The notes beneath the pieces are model-generated. The model saw only the letters and a list, made by a program, of their open reading frames with translations, was not told the origin of the DNA and searched no databases. Source: Candidatus Limnocylindrales bacterium (GTDB taxonomy: Bacteria > Chloroflexota > Limnocylindria > Limnocylindrales > CSP1-4). Taken from it: a stretch of DNA of 64,000 nt. A program made the position numbers and the translations under genes. Shown here in pieces: positions 8,134-16,891 of the stretch. The stretch spans positions 70,272 to 134,271 of the forward strand of contig JBEKKR010000004.1 in assembly GCA_050010635.1 (NCBI GenBank), read 5' to 3'. Each line of letters starts with the position of its first letter. Position 1 is the first letter of the stretch.

Positions 8134-9878
8134 GCCCCGCCGAAAGCCGCGACCCTCAAGCCCGCCGCATCGGGGTTTATGTCTGCCACTGCGGCGGCAA
8201 CATCTCCGACTACGTCGACGTCCAGGCCGTCGTCGACGCGGTCAAGGACGAGCAGGGCGTCGTGATCGCCAAGCACATGATGTTCGCCTGCTCCGACGCC
8301 GGACAGCAGGAGATGGAAGAGGACATCGCCGCCAACGACCTGGACGGCCTCGTCGTCGCCTCTTGCTCGCCCAAGCTCCACGTCGTCACGTTCCGCGGCG
8401 TCGCGAAGCGCTCGGGCATGAATCCCTACGAGTACAACCAGGCCAACATCCGCGAGCAGTGCTCGTGGACCCACACCGACGATCGCGACGGCGCCACGCA
8501 CAAGGCCATCGGCCTGGTCCGCGGCGTCATCGGCCGGACCCGCCTCACCGAGGCCCTGGAACCGCTCGTCGTCGAGACCACGCAGAAGGCGCTGATCATC
8601 GGCGGCGGCGTGACCGGCCTGCGAGCCGCGATCGGTATGGCGGACATCGGCCTGGGCGTCTTCCTGGTGGAGCGCGAGCCCGAGCTCGGCGGCTGGGTCG
8701 GCAAGTTCGGCCCGATGTTCCCACACGAGCGAGACGGCCGCGAGCTGATCGCCCGGATGGTCTCCGAGATCAAGAAGCGACCATCGATCAAGGTCTTCAC
8801 CGGGGCCGAGGTCGTAACCAAGGCCGGCAGCTTCGGTAACTACGAGATCGGCATCCGCGTTGCCGCCGACCCGCCGCAGACCCTCTCTGTGGAGGTCGGC
8901 TCGATCGTCGTCGCTACCGGCTTCGACGCCTACCAGCCGGCCGAAGGCGAGCTCGGGGCCGGCTTGCCGGGCGTACTGACGCTGCCCGAGTTCAAGGATC
9001 TGGTCGACGGCTCGAAGGGTCCGCTCCGCTACAACGGCCGGCCCGTTCGCAGCCTCGCGTACATCTACTGCGTGGGCAGCCGCCAGCCGGACGGCAACGA
9101 GTACTGCTCGCGCTTCTGCTGCTCCGCCACGGCTCACGTCTCGATCAAGGTCTCGGAGCGGGACCCGAAGGTTCGCCAGTACCACCTCTATCGCGACATC
9201 CGGACGTACGGCAACTTCGAGCTTCTGTACACGGAAGCCCGCAAGCAGGGCGCGATCTACGTCAAGTTCCCGGACGACGCCCCTCCCGTCGTAGCCGTCG
9301 AGGCGGGTGGCGGCCTGGCGGTGACCGTCCGCGACCTGCTCTCCGGCGACGAAGAGCTGGAGATACCGGTGGACCTGGTGGTCCAGGTCACCGGCATGAT
9401 CGCCCGTAAGAACGACGAGATGGTCGGGATGCTGAAGCTACCGCTCGGCCGCGATGGCTTCTTCAACGAGATCCACCCCAAGCTGCGGCCGGTCGAAACG
9501 ATGGTCGACGGGGTCCTGATCGCCGGCGCTTGCCAGGGGCCCAAGAGCTCGGCCGAGAGCGTGGCCTCGGGCCTGGCCGCGGTCACCCAGAGCGCGTCCG
9601 TGCTCAAGAAGGGCGTGGCGGAGCTGGATCCGCTCGTCGCCACGGTCGACCCGGACAGGTGCACCTGGTGCGGCAAATGCGAGACCGCCTGCCCCTACGG
9701 AGCGATCGAGAAGCTGTCGCTCAACGGTCGCGAGGTCGCGACGATCAGCGAGGCCGGCTGCAAAGGCTGCGGCGGCTGCGTCCCAATGTGCCCCGAAAAC
9801 GCCATCGACCTGCGCGGCTACACGGACGCCCAGATCACGGCAATGATCGACGGCCTGCTCGAGGAGGCGATCGCATGA
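8130..9878 (+). CDS. HdrA/QmoB-like FAD/FeS flavoprotein with C-terminal 2x[4Fe-4S] ferredoxin domain
   Basis: 583 aa. Cys-rich N-domain (VYVCHCGGNISDYVD), FAD site ALIIGGGVTGL, HdrA signature CVGSRQPDGNEYCSRFCC, and C-terminal CTWCGKCETACP / CKGCGGCVPMCP. ATGA overlap with hdrA1. Confidence 0.85.
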   Translation: MSPAESRDPQARRIGVYVCHCGGNISDYVDVQAVVDAVKDEQGVVIAKHMMFACSDAGQQEMEEDIAANDLDGLVVASCSPKLHVVTFRGVAKRSGMNPYEYNQANIREQCSWTHTDDRDGATHKAIGLVRGVIGRTRLTEALEPLVVETTQKALIIGGGVTGLRAAIGMADIGLGVFLVEREPELGGWVGKFGPMFPHERDGRELIARMVSEIKKRPSIKVFTGAEVVTKAGSFGNYEIGIRVAADPPQTLSVEVGSIVVATGFDAYQPAEGELGAGLPGVLTLPEFKDLVDGSKGPLRYNGRPVRSLAYIYCVGSRQPDGNEYCSRFCCSATAHVSIKVSERDPKVRQYHLYRDIRTYGNFELLYTEARKQGAIYVKFPDDAPPVVAVEAGGGLAVTVRDLLSGDEELEIPVDLVVQVTGMIARKNDEMVGMLKLPLGRDGFFNEIHPKLRPVETMVDGVLIAGACQGPKSSAESVASGLAAVTQSASVLKKGVAELDPLVATVDPDRCTWCGKCETACPYGAIEKLSLNGREVATISEAGCKGCGGCVPMCPENAIDLRGYTDAQITAMIDGLLEEAIA

Positions 9879-10138
9879 ACGCTCCCAACGTCGCGCCCGA
9901 CAGGGACCTGCGCGAGATCATCCGCGAGGAGCCGCTCATGAGAAGCCGGATCCTCGAGGTTCTCGCCGACGGTCCGCACACCGTGCCGGAGATCGCCGAG
10001 GCCCTCGGCCGCCCGACTCATGAAGCCATGTACTGGGTCATGGGCATGCGCCGGTACGGCTGGGTCCGTGAGCTCAAGGATGTGACGCCCGAGGGCTACT
10101 TCCGCTACGGGGCCGTCCAGAAGGAGACGCGGTCATGA
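9875..10138 (+). CDS. small winged-helix-like protein, translationally coupled inside the hdr/qmo-like operon
   Basis: 87 aa. GAGGAGG RBS, and ATGA overlaps on both sides. ILEVLADGPHTVPEIAEALGRPTHEAMYWVMGMRRYGWV looks like a wHTH fold. Confidence 0.5.
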   Translation: MNAPNVAPDRDLREIIREEPLMRSRILEVLADGPHTVPEIAEALGRPTHEAMYWVMGMRRYGWVRELKDVTPEGYFRYGAVQKETRS

Positions 10139-11292
10139 CCGCGCGAGTCGATCGCAACCTCTATCCCGAGCTTCAGCGCTTCGGCGCCACGGACATTTCG
10201 GCGTGCTTCAACTGCGGTGTCTGCTCCGCCATCTGCCCGCTTTCAGTGGACGGCGCCTCGTTCCCGCGCCGGATGTCCCGCTACGCCCAGCTCGGTCTTC
10301 GCGAGAAGCTGCTCGCCAGCCCGGAGCTATGGTCTTGCTACGGCTGCTCCGAATGCACGGACTCGTGCCCGACCAAGGCCGATCCGGCCTCGTTCATGGC
10401 CGCCGCACGGCGCTACGCCGTCGCCAGCTATGACCGAACCCACCTCGCCTACCTGCTGGCAACCTCGCGGCTCTTCGCAGGCTTCTTCGTCGTCGCCCTC
10501 GTCGGGCTCCTTGCTGCCTTCATGTATTCGGTCCACAAGCCGGTCGACGGCTCGACGCTCGCCTTCTTCGACTTCGTCCCCAGCGACGTCATCCACAACA
10601 TGGGCATCGTCGCCATGGCGGTCATGGGAGTGGCGGCACTGGTCGGCCTGATAGAGATGGTCAGGCGCGTGTTGCGCGGACCCAAGGCAGTAGCCGCGAA
10701 GACGACGTTCGGCAAGGTGGCCGGGGCCGCCGTCTACGCGGTGGGCACCGAGTCGCTGGCCCAGACGCGCTTCCGAAAGGATTGCGCCGACGGGGCGGCG
10801 TCCGGCGAAGCCGGCGAGGCCCGGCCCTGGTATTCGCAGCGCTGGTTCATCCACTTCGCCACCATGTGGGGGTTCCTGGGCCTGCTCGGCGCCACGATGC
10901 TCGACTACGGCCTGGAACTGCTCGGCGTCAAGGCCGTGGGCACGGCGGTGCCGATCTGGTATCCAGTGCGCCTGCTCGGCACGATCGCCGGCGCCGCGCT
11001 GATCTACGGCACGACCGTGCTGATTGTCCGGCGCCTGCGCAAGAGCGACCGCTCAAGCCTCCACTCGACGACTTCGGACTGGACTTTCCTGGCAATGCTC
11101 TGGGTCACGGGCGTAACGGGCTTCGTCCTGGAACTCGCGCTATACCTGCCGCAGGCCCCCACGTGGGGCTACCCGATGTTCCTGCTCCACGTCGGAGTGG
11201 CCATGGCCCTGGTCCTGCTGGTGCCGTTCGGCAAGTTCGCCCACGTCTTCTACCGGCCGGTTGCGCTCTTCGCCATCAGGCTGCGCGGCTGA
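10135..11292 (+). CDS. QmoC/HdrE-HdrC-like membrane protein: di-[4Fe-4S] ferredoxin domain fused to a multi-helix, probably heme-b, membrane domain
   Basis: N-terminus carries CFNCGVCSAICP and CYGCSECTDSCP (HdrC-type). Five or more TM helices follow, with conserved His (HNMG, HFATMWG, HVGVAM, HVFYRP) as in NarI/HdrE cytochrome b. Confidence 0.8.
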   Translation: MTARVDRNLYPELQRFGATDISACFNCGVCSAICPLSVDGASFPRRMSRYAQLGLREKLLASPELWSCYGCSECTDSCPTKADPASFMAAARRYAVASYDRTHLAYLLATSRLFAGFFVVALVGLLAAFMYSVHKPVDGSTLAFFDFVPSDVIHNMGIVAMAVMGVAALVGLIEMVRRVLRGPKAVAAKTTFGKVAGAAVYAVGTESLAQTRFRKDCADGAASGEAGEARPWYSQRWFIHFATMWGFLGLLGATMLDYGLELLGVKAVGTAVPIWYPVRLLGTIAGAALIYGTTVLIVRRLRKSDRSSLHSTTSDWTFLAMLWVTGVTGFVLELALYLPQAPTWGYPMFLLHVGVAMALVLLVPFGKFAHVFYRPVALFAIRLRG

Positions 11293-11394
11293 GGCCTGCC
11301 GAGGGCACAACCTTTCCATACTCCATGACGTAAGCTCGAAGACACGCGAGACCGACCCACGGCGGCACATCGCAACCACAAAAGGAACCGGCCG

Positions 11395-11985
11395 ATGAGT
11401 TCCAAGAAACGCCACGGCGCAGCCGGCCGTCGCTCCACGGGTGGGACCGTCGTTGCCTCCAGCCCATCGAGGCCGGCGCTCTTTGCCGATGGGCAAGCTC
11501 GACTCGTTCTGCTCGTCGCCGTCCTCGTTCTGGCCGCCGCCGTCGTGATCGGCGCCGATCTTATCTTCGGCGCGATATCGAACGGCAGCGGGAGCACCGC
11601 AGCAACCGCTACGCCGGCCGCCACCTCGAGCCAGATCGGTGTCGTCGTCCAGGGCAGAGGGGGCCACTGGACCAACGTAACGCCGGATCAGCTGGCTCAG
11701 ATGATGGCCCGCAAGGACTTCACCCTGGTCAACGTCAAGACGCCGTACATCGGCGAGATCGACGGCACGGACCTCTACATCCCCTACGACCAGCTCACGG
11801 CGCGTGCCTCGGCGCTGCCCTCGAACAAGGGCGCCCGGATCCTCGTCTACTGCCGGAGCGGCGCGGAGAGCGCTCAGGCCGCCCAGACGCTGCTGGACCT
11901 GGGATATACCAACGTCTGGAACCTGGATGGCGGGATGAACGCCTGGCAGGCGTCCGGCCGCCCGATCGTCACCAGGAACCGGTAG
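11395..11985 (+). CDS. rhodanese-domain sulfurtransferase with N-terminal membrane anchor or signal
   Basis: TM helix LVLLVAVLVLAAAVVIG, then a rhodanese domain with active-site loop CRSGAES and C-terminal LDGGMNAW. Confidence 0.8.
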   Translation: MSSKKRHGAAGRRSTGGTVVASSPSRPALFADGQARLVLLVAVLVLAAAVVIGADLIFGAISNGSGSTAATATPAATSSQIGVVVQGRGGHWTNVTPDQLAQMMARKDFTLVNVKTPYIGEIDGTDLYIPYDQLTARASALPSNKGARILVYCRSGAESAQAAQTLLDLGYTNVWNLDGGMNAWQASGRPIVTRNR

Positions 11986-12001
11986 CGCCGGCCGGCGCGC
12001 T

Positions 12002-12718
12002 ATGTCCGCGGCGCCCGCCCTGTCCACCTATCGCGAGGGGTCGCTCCACGCGGCGTTGAAGGAGCTGTACGCCGGGGCGGGCGGCCGAACCGAGGCGAAA
12101 GTCGACGGCTACGTCGTGGACGTGGTCCGCGGCGACGAGCTGATCGAGATCCAAACCGCGGGCTTCGCCATGGCCGCCCGCAAGCTGAGGCGCCTGGTCG
12201 CGGACCACCGCATCGCCCTCGTCCACCCGATTGCCGTCGAGCGGTGGCTGCTGCGCGTCGACGCCGACGGCGTGGTCGTGGACCGCCGGCGCTCGCCCAA
12301 GCGCGGACGGCCGCTCGACGTCTTCGAGGAGCTCGTCGCCTTTCCGGAGCTCGTGGCGCACCCGAACTTCCGGCTCGAGTTGCCGATGATCTGCGAGGAA
12401 GAGATCCGCGGCCCGATACCGGCCGGCGCCCGCTACCGCTATCCGCGCGAGTGGTGGCGGCTCGACCGCCGGCTGCTCGAGGTAGTCGAGACGATCAGGA
12501 TCGACGTGCCGGCGGACCTGCTGCGGCTGCTACCCGAGGGCCTGCCCTCGCCTTTCACGACGGCCGACATCGTCGCCGCATCGAGGCGGTCGAAGCGACT
12601 GGCGATGCGAGCGGCCTACTGCCTGGCGAAATCCGGCGCCACTCGCAGCGTCGGCCTGGCCGGCCGGCTCCTCACCTACGAAGCCGAGACGAGCCCCGTG
12701 ACGGCCGGAGCTCAGTAG
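12002..12718 (+). CDS. conserved hypothetical protein (possible PD-(D/E)xK-like fold)
   Basis: 238 aa with protein-like composition. GYVVDVVRGDELIEIQT loosely resembles a nuclease-fold motif. No confident family. Confidence 0.45.
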   Translation: MSAAPALSTYREGSLHAALKELYAGAGGRTEAKVDGYVVDVVRGDELIEIQTAGFAMAARKLRRLVADHRIALVHPIAVERWLLRVDADGVVVDRRRSPKRGRPLDVFEELVAFPELVAHPNFRLELPMICEEEIRGPIPAGARYRYPREWWRLDRRLLEVVETIRIDVPADLLRLLPEGLPSPFTTADIVAASRRSKRLAMRAAYCLAKSGATRSVGLAGRLLTYEAETSPVTAGAQ

Positions 12719-13188
12719 ATCCAGGGCAGCAGGCGGCGCGTCCGGCTGCGGTAGCTGCCGTAGTCGGCGAACTGCTCCGCCAGCCAGAGTTCTTCGCGAC
12801 GCGACTTGAGGTCGAAGAAGACGGCCAGGCCGAGCGCCAGGACCAGGGTGAGCGGCGAGGCCCGCAAGATCCCCCACCCTGCTGCTCCGAGTATCAGGCC
12901 GCCGTAGATCGGATGTCGAACCAGGCTGTATGCGCCACAGTCAACCAGGGTCGCGCCGGGAAGCGGCTTCGGGAACGGCGTCAGGTTCTCGCGCAGATCC
13001 AGCACGCCGCGGACCGACAGCAGCCCGCCGCAGACAATCAGGATGGCGCCGAGGGCTTCGCCGGCCGTCCGCGCCGTGCCGCCCCAGGCGGGGCCGGCGA
13101 GGCCGGAGGCCGCGATCGCCGCGAAGAAGACCAGCTGCAGCAGGAACCAGCCCTCGCCGCGTCGGCCGAGATCGGGAAGCCGAGTCAT
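12712..13188 (-). CDS. isoprenylcysteine carboxyl methyltransferase (ICMT)/phospholipid methyltransferase family membrane protein
   Basis: 158 aa membrane protein with the C-terminal RHPxYxG-type motif (VRHPIYGGLILGAAGW..EE..L...F..Y..Y). Confidence 0.7.
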   Translation of the reverse strand: MTRLPDLGRRGEGWFLLQLVFFAAIAASGLAGPAWGGTARTAGEALGAILIVCGGLLSVRGVLDLRENLTPFPKPLPGATLVDCGAYSLVRHPIYGGLILGAAGWGILRASPLTLVLALGLAVFFDLKSRREELWLAEQFADYGSYRSRTRRLLPWIY

Positions 13189-13197
13189 GGCATTCGT

Positions 13198-13824
13198 CTA
13201 CTGGCGGGGCAGGCGGCGGATGACGAGCAGCGAGTCGATCGGGGCACGGGCGGGCGGCGGGGCCCTCCGCACCACCTCGGCGCGCTCGACGACAAGGCCG
13301 GGATCGGTGGCCAGCAGCTCGCGGCCGATCTCTTCTGCGGTGAACAAGCGAGTCGCTTCCGGCGGCCCGCCCTCGCCCTGGGTCTCGTTCAGGCGGTCGT
13401 GGCCCACGACGATCATGCTGCCGCCCGGCGCCACCGCGGCCGCCGCCCGGGCATAGACGGGTCCGCGTTCCTTGGGCGACAGGTGCAGGTAGACGATGAC
13501 CACCAGGCCAAAGGCCCGTCGGGGTGGGAACCAGTCGAACAGGTTGCGTTCCAGCCAGTCGACGGTGACCCCGGCGTCACGCGCTTTCGCCATGCCGTTG
13601 GCCAGCGCAACGGGTGACCAATCCACGGCCGTGGTCCGCCAGCCCTGCCCGGCCAGCCAGACCGCGTTGGTGCCGCTGCCCGCGGCGAGCTCGAGCGCAT
13701 TGCCGGGGATCGTGCCTGCCAGACCGGCCAAGCCCAGGACGAGCGTCGGGTTAGGAGCATCGCCCTCGAAGTCGCCGGCACGGTGGCGGTCGTCCCAGGC
13801 CAGGCGCCGTTCGTCGGCAGTCAC
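13198..13824 (-). CDS. class I SAM-dependent methyltransferase (TehB/thiopurine-MT-like)
   Basis: Motif I LELAAGSGTNAVWLA and post-I acidic residue (TTAVDWS). Size and layout match small-molecule methyltransferases. Confidence 0.7.
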   Translation of the reverse strand: MTADERRLAWDDRHRAGDFEGDAPNPTLVLGLAGLAGTIPGNALELAAGSGTNAVWLAGQGWRTTAVDWSPVALANGMAKARDAGVTVDWLERNLFDWFPPRRAFGLVVIVYLHLSPKERGPVYARAAAAVAPGGSMIVVGHDRLNETQGEGGPPEATRLFTAEEIGRELLATDPGLVVERAEVVRRAPPPARAPIDSLLVIRRLPRQ

Positions 13825-13827
13825 TCG

Positions 13828-14163
13828 TCAGTCCCGCTCAAGAGGCCGGTTGGCGCGAGCCCAGGCGTCGGTCCCGCCTTTGACCGAGACAACACCCTCG
13901 AAGCCGTTCCGAAGAAGCAGGTCCGTCGCCACCCGGCTCCGAATGCCGTGCTCGCAGATGACCAGGAGCCGCTCGCCTCGCGGCAGGACGGCAATCCGTG
14001 CGGGCAGCTGGGCGAGGGGCAGGCTCACCGCCCCCGGGACGCGACGCCGCCGGAACTCCCACTCCTCGCGGACGTCCAGGAGGCGCACGCCTCCGTCGGT
14101 CATCAGGACGCCGAGTTCGTCAACGTCAATCTCCGGAATGGGTTGACGAATTGGCAGGGACAC
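13828..14163 (-). CDS. single-domain rhodanese (GlpE/PspE-like sulfurtransferase)
   Basis: 111 aa. Active-site loop CEHGIRS and C-terminal VKGGTDAW. Confidence 0.8.
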   Translation of the reverse strand: MSLPIRQPIPEIDVDELGVLMTDGGVRLLDVREEWEFRRRRVPGAVSLPLAQLPARIAVLPRGERLLVICEHGIRSRVATDLLLRNGFEGVVSVKGGTDAWARANRPLERD

Positions 14164-14280
14164 AGATGCTCCGATTCGGCCACTGCTGGGGATGAAGATC
14201 TACGCCACCGATTATCGTTGATGAGCCGATTTCCTGGCGCAGCGGATCGGCCCTTGGGATACATTACCGGCACTTGCGTT

Positions 14281-14290
14281 ATTGCGCAAT
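14281..14290. promoter_or_regulatory. 10-bp perfect palindrome ATTGCGCAAT upstream of tauE
   Basis: Seen in the divergent intergenic region about 40 bp upstream of the TauE/SafE start codon. Confidence 0.25.
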
Positions 14291-14330
14291 TTGGCATGTG
14301 CGAGGCCTTTATGCCGCCCTTCGGGTTCCG

Positions 14331-15173
14331 ATGACACCGGGCGCCGACATCGCGATCTTCGCGATCAGCGCCGCCGCGGGGCTGATCGGCGCCCTGGCGG
14401 GCGTCGGCGGTGGGATCCTGGTCATCCCTACGCTGACATTCGGTTTCGGCGTGGACATCCACCTGGCCGTCGGGGCGAGCATCGTATCGGTCATCGCCAC
14501 GAGCTCCGGAGCAGCCGCAGCCTACGTTCGGGACCGCATGACGGACATGCGGGTCGGCAAGTTTCTCGAACTGGCGACGACAACCGGAGCCGTCTGCGGC
14601 GCGCTCCTGGCGGCCGTCGTGGCGCCGGCTTTCCTGTACTTGCTGCTGGGTGTCGTCCTTCTCGGCACGGCGGCGATACAGGTCGCGCGCATGGGCGAGG
14701 AGAGCCCGCCAAACGACACGCCGTCGCCGCTGGCCGCCCGCCTGCGGCTTGAGTCGTCGTACCCAGACCGGCGTCTGGGCCGCGAAATCCCCTACTCGGC
14801 GCGCCGCATCCCCCTCGGGTTCGTGCTCATGTGGATCGCGGGCGTGGTGTCCGGGTTGCTCGGGATAGGCTCAGGCGTGCTGAAGGTGCTAGCGATGGAC
14901 GGCGTGATGCGGCTTCCGATGAAGGTCAGCTCCGCCACGAGCAACTTCATGATCGGGGTCACCGCGGCCGCCTCGGCCGGCATATACCTGGGCCGCGGCG
15001 ACGTGGACCCGAGGATCGCCGCGCCGGTGGCGCTGGGCGTCCTCACCGGGGCAATCGTCGGAGCCCGCCTCCTCGGCCGGGTCTCCAACCGCGCGGTCAG
15101 GCTGATCTTCCTGCCCGTTGTCATTGCCGTAGGGCTCGAGACGATCGGCCGCGGTTTGGGGTTCGGGCTATGA
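14331..15173 (+). CDS. TauE/SafE (TSUP, DUF81) family sulfite/organosulfonate exporter
   Basis: Two DUF81 repeats with Gly-rich helices (GVGGGILVIP, GIGSGVLKVL), 7-8 TM segments. Internal ATG at 14331 chosen. Confidence 0.8.
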   Translation: MTPGADIAIFAISAAAGLIGALAGVGGGILVIPTLTFGFGVDIHLAVGASIVSVIATSSGAAAAYVRDRMTDMRVGKFLELATTTGAVCGALLAAVVAPAFLYLLLGVVLLGTAAIQVARMGEESPPNDTPSPLAARLRLESSYPDRRLGREIPYSARRIPLGFVLMWIAGVVSGLLGIGSGVLKVLAMDGVMRLPMKVSSATSNFMIGVTAAASAGIYLGRGDVDPRIAAPVALGVLTGAIVGARLLGRVSNRAVRLIFLPVVIAVGLETIGRGLGFGL

Positions 15174-15529
15174 AACCGGAACGGTTCAGGAGGGTGATCA
15201 GCGCGGTGCTGATCGTCGGCGTCGGCATCAGCGCAGCCCTGATTGCGATCGGCTTCGTGGCTGCCCTAGCGATCGGCTGGCAGGGATCGCTCGTCGGCGC
15301 CGGCCCCTTCGCCGCCGCGACAACCGACTTCTCCAACCTTCCGGCTCGTCTGGCATCGCTGGAACCGGCCGCTATCGTCCAGCTCGGCCTCCTCACCTTG
15401 CTGGCCACGCCGGTCGCGAGGGTCGCGGCCTCGGTCGTCGGTTTCACCCTCGAGGGCGACCGCCTCTACGCGGCCATCACGCTGGCGGTTCTGCTGATCC
15501 TTCTGACCAGCATCTTCGTCTTGCGCTAA
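15170..15529 (+). CDS. DUF1634 family membrane protein (usual TauE partner)
   Basis: 120 aa with 3 TM helices. ATGA overlap with the tauE stop. DUF1634 commonly follows TSUP exporters. Confidence 0.65.
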   Translation: MKPERFRRVISAVLIVGVGISAALIAIGFVAALAIGWQGSLVGAGPFAAATTDFSNLPARLASLEPAAIVQLGLLTLLATPVARVAASVVGFTLEGDRLYAAITLAVLLILLTSIFVLR

Positions 15530-15642
15530 GGCGCCAACGGCACGCGACCCCGGGGTGTCCTCGTGAAGACGCTCCGGGGTCGCCGTGACGGGGGTCCGGT
15601 GATTGTCCGGCGCAGGCCGACGGTGGTTGGCAGGCCGCGAAC

Positions 15643-16140
15643 CTAGATGAACATCGTGGAGTCGGCCTCGGTCGCCAGCTGCAGCATCGTCGCCGCGCCG
15701 ACCGTCTCCTCGAGGCCGTCGATGAGATCCTCGCGCCTGATGCCGAACAAGTCCGAGGTCATCTGGCACGGGTAGATCCTGACCCCGAGTTCCTGGCACA
15801 TCGCGAGCAGCTCCTTGGGCTTGGAGGCCTTGTACTTGTCGGCCAGCTGGAACATCATCCACGGCCCCATGCCCATGAAGTTCATCTTGCTCGTCTTGCG
15901 ATGGCTGATGCCCGGCCGCTGCATGAAGGACAGCATCTTCTGCATCCAGTTCTGGCCGGTGATGCGCTTGCCGTCCTTCACAAAGGCCTGCAAGGCCCAG
16001 AAGGTCACGAAGATCGAGGTCTCTATCTCCATCGCGGCGGCGGCGGAGGCGATGATCAACGATGCCCACGTCTTCTCCAGGTCGCCGCTGTAGGCGATGA
16101 TGCAGAGCTTCTTGGGCTTGCTGGCAGCCTCTGCGGTCAT
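15643..16140 (-). CDS. DsrE-family protein (COG2210-type, DsrE2/DsrE3-like)
   Basis: 165 aa. KLCIIAYSGDLEKTWASLIIASAAAAME..YPCQMTSD. Confidence 0.7.
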   Translation of the reverse strand: MTAEAASKPKKLCIIAYSGDLEKTWASLIIASAAAAMEIETSIFVTFWALQAFVKDGKRITGQNWMQKMLSFMQRPGISHRKTSKMNFMGMGPWMMFQLADKYKASKPKELLAMCQELGVRIYPCQMTSDLFGIRREDLIDGLEETVGAATMLQLATEADSTMFI

Positions 16141-16191
16141 TTCGGATCCTTTCGTGTTGAGGGCGAACCAGTTGGGCGCTCGCCGGGGTGG

Positions 16192-16419
16192 CTACTTGTG
16201 GCGGAGCACGAAGCGGAACTTGCCGTTGGCGGAGTCCTGCTCCACGAGGGCGTTGCCGGTAGAGGCGGCCCACGCCGCGAAGTCCTTGACCGACCCCGGG
16301 TCCGTAGCCAGGACCTCCATCAGATCGCCTGCCTCGAGAGTCCTCATGCCCAGCGTCGCCTTGAGGATCGGCCCCGGGCAGGAGAGACCGCTGGCGTCCA
16401 CTTTGAGCTTGATATCCAT
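16192..16419 (-). CDS. tusA: TusA-like sulfur carrier protein (second copy)
   Basis: MDIKLKVDASGLSCPGPILKA.. with the CPxP motif. Internal ATG chosen; 76 aa. Confidence 0.8.
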   Translation of the reverse strand: MDIKLKVDASGLSCPGPILKATLGMRTLEAGDLMEVLATDPGSVKDFAAWAASTGNALVEQDSANGKFRFVLRHK

Positions 16420-16468
16420 CTGCTGCCCTTTCGCTGCTGGTTTGGCCGGGTAGGCCGGTTCCTTCCGA

Positions 16469-16882
16469 CTAGATGAAGAGGATCTGGCCCTCACCGGCGT
16501 TGACATAGAAAGCGGCCACTCCCTCTACGCCGTCGACGATGGGGTCGAGGTCCGAATGCTTGAGCCCGAGGAGCTCCATTGAGGCCGAACAGGCCTGGAT
16601 GTCGACCTCGCCCAATTCCTTGGCCATCCGGAGTGTCTCTGTCCAGTGCGCCTGACCTGCTTTCGCGGCCGCGTCGAGGGCGGCCTTGCCGGCCGGACCG
16701 GCCTCGGGCACAAGACCGTGATCGGCCGTGATCCGATCGGCTCGGAAGGACTCAAGGGCCCAATACTGCAGAAGGATCTTGACCGGCCGACCGAGCGCGG
16801 CGGCACCCGCGGTCAGGACCGAGGCAGATTGAAGCTTGTCGTCGGTCCCCGAGAAGAGGACTATCGAGATGGTTTCGTCCAT
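16469..16882 (-). CDS. DsrE-family protein (COG2210-type, DsrE3-like)
   Basis: 137 aa. ISIVLFSGTDDKLQSASVLTAGAAALG..DIQACSASMELLGL. Together with 16192-16419 and 15643-16140 this forms a DsrE-TusA-DsrE triplet. Confidence 0.7.
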   Translation of the reverse strand: MDETISIVLFSGTDDKLQSASVLTAGAAALGRPVKILLQYWALESFRADRITADHGLVPEAGPAGKAALDAAAKAGQAHWTETLRMAKELGEVDIQACSASMELLGLKHSDLDPIVDGVEGVAAFYVNAGEGQILFI

Positions 16883-16891
16883 GCGAGGGCC

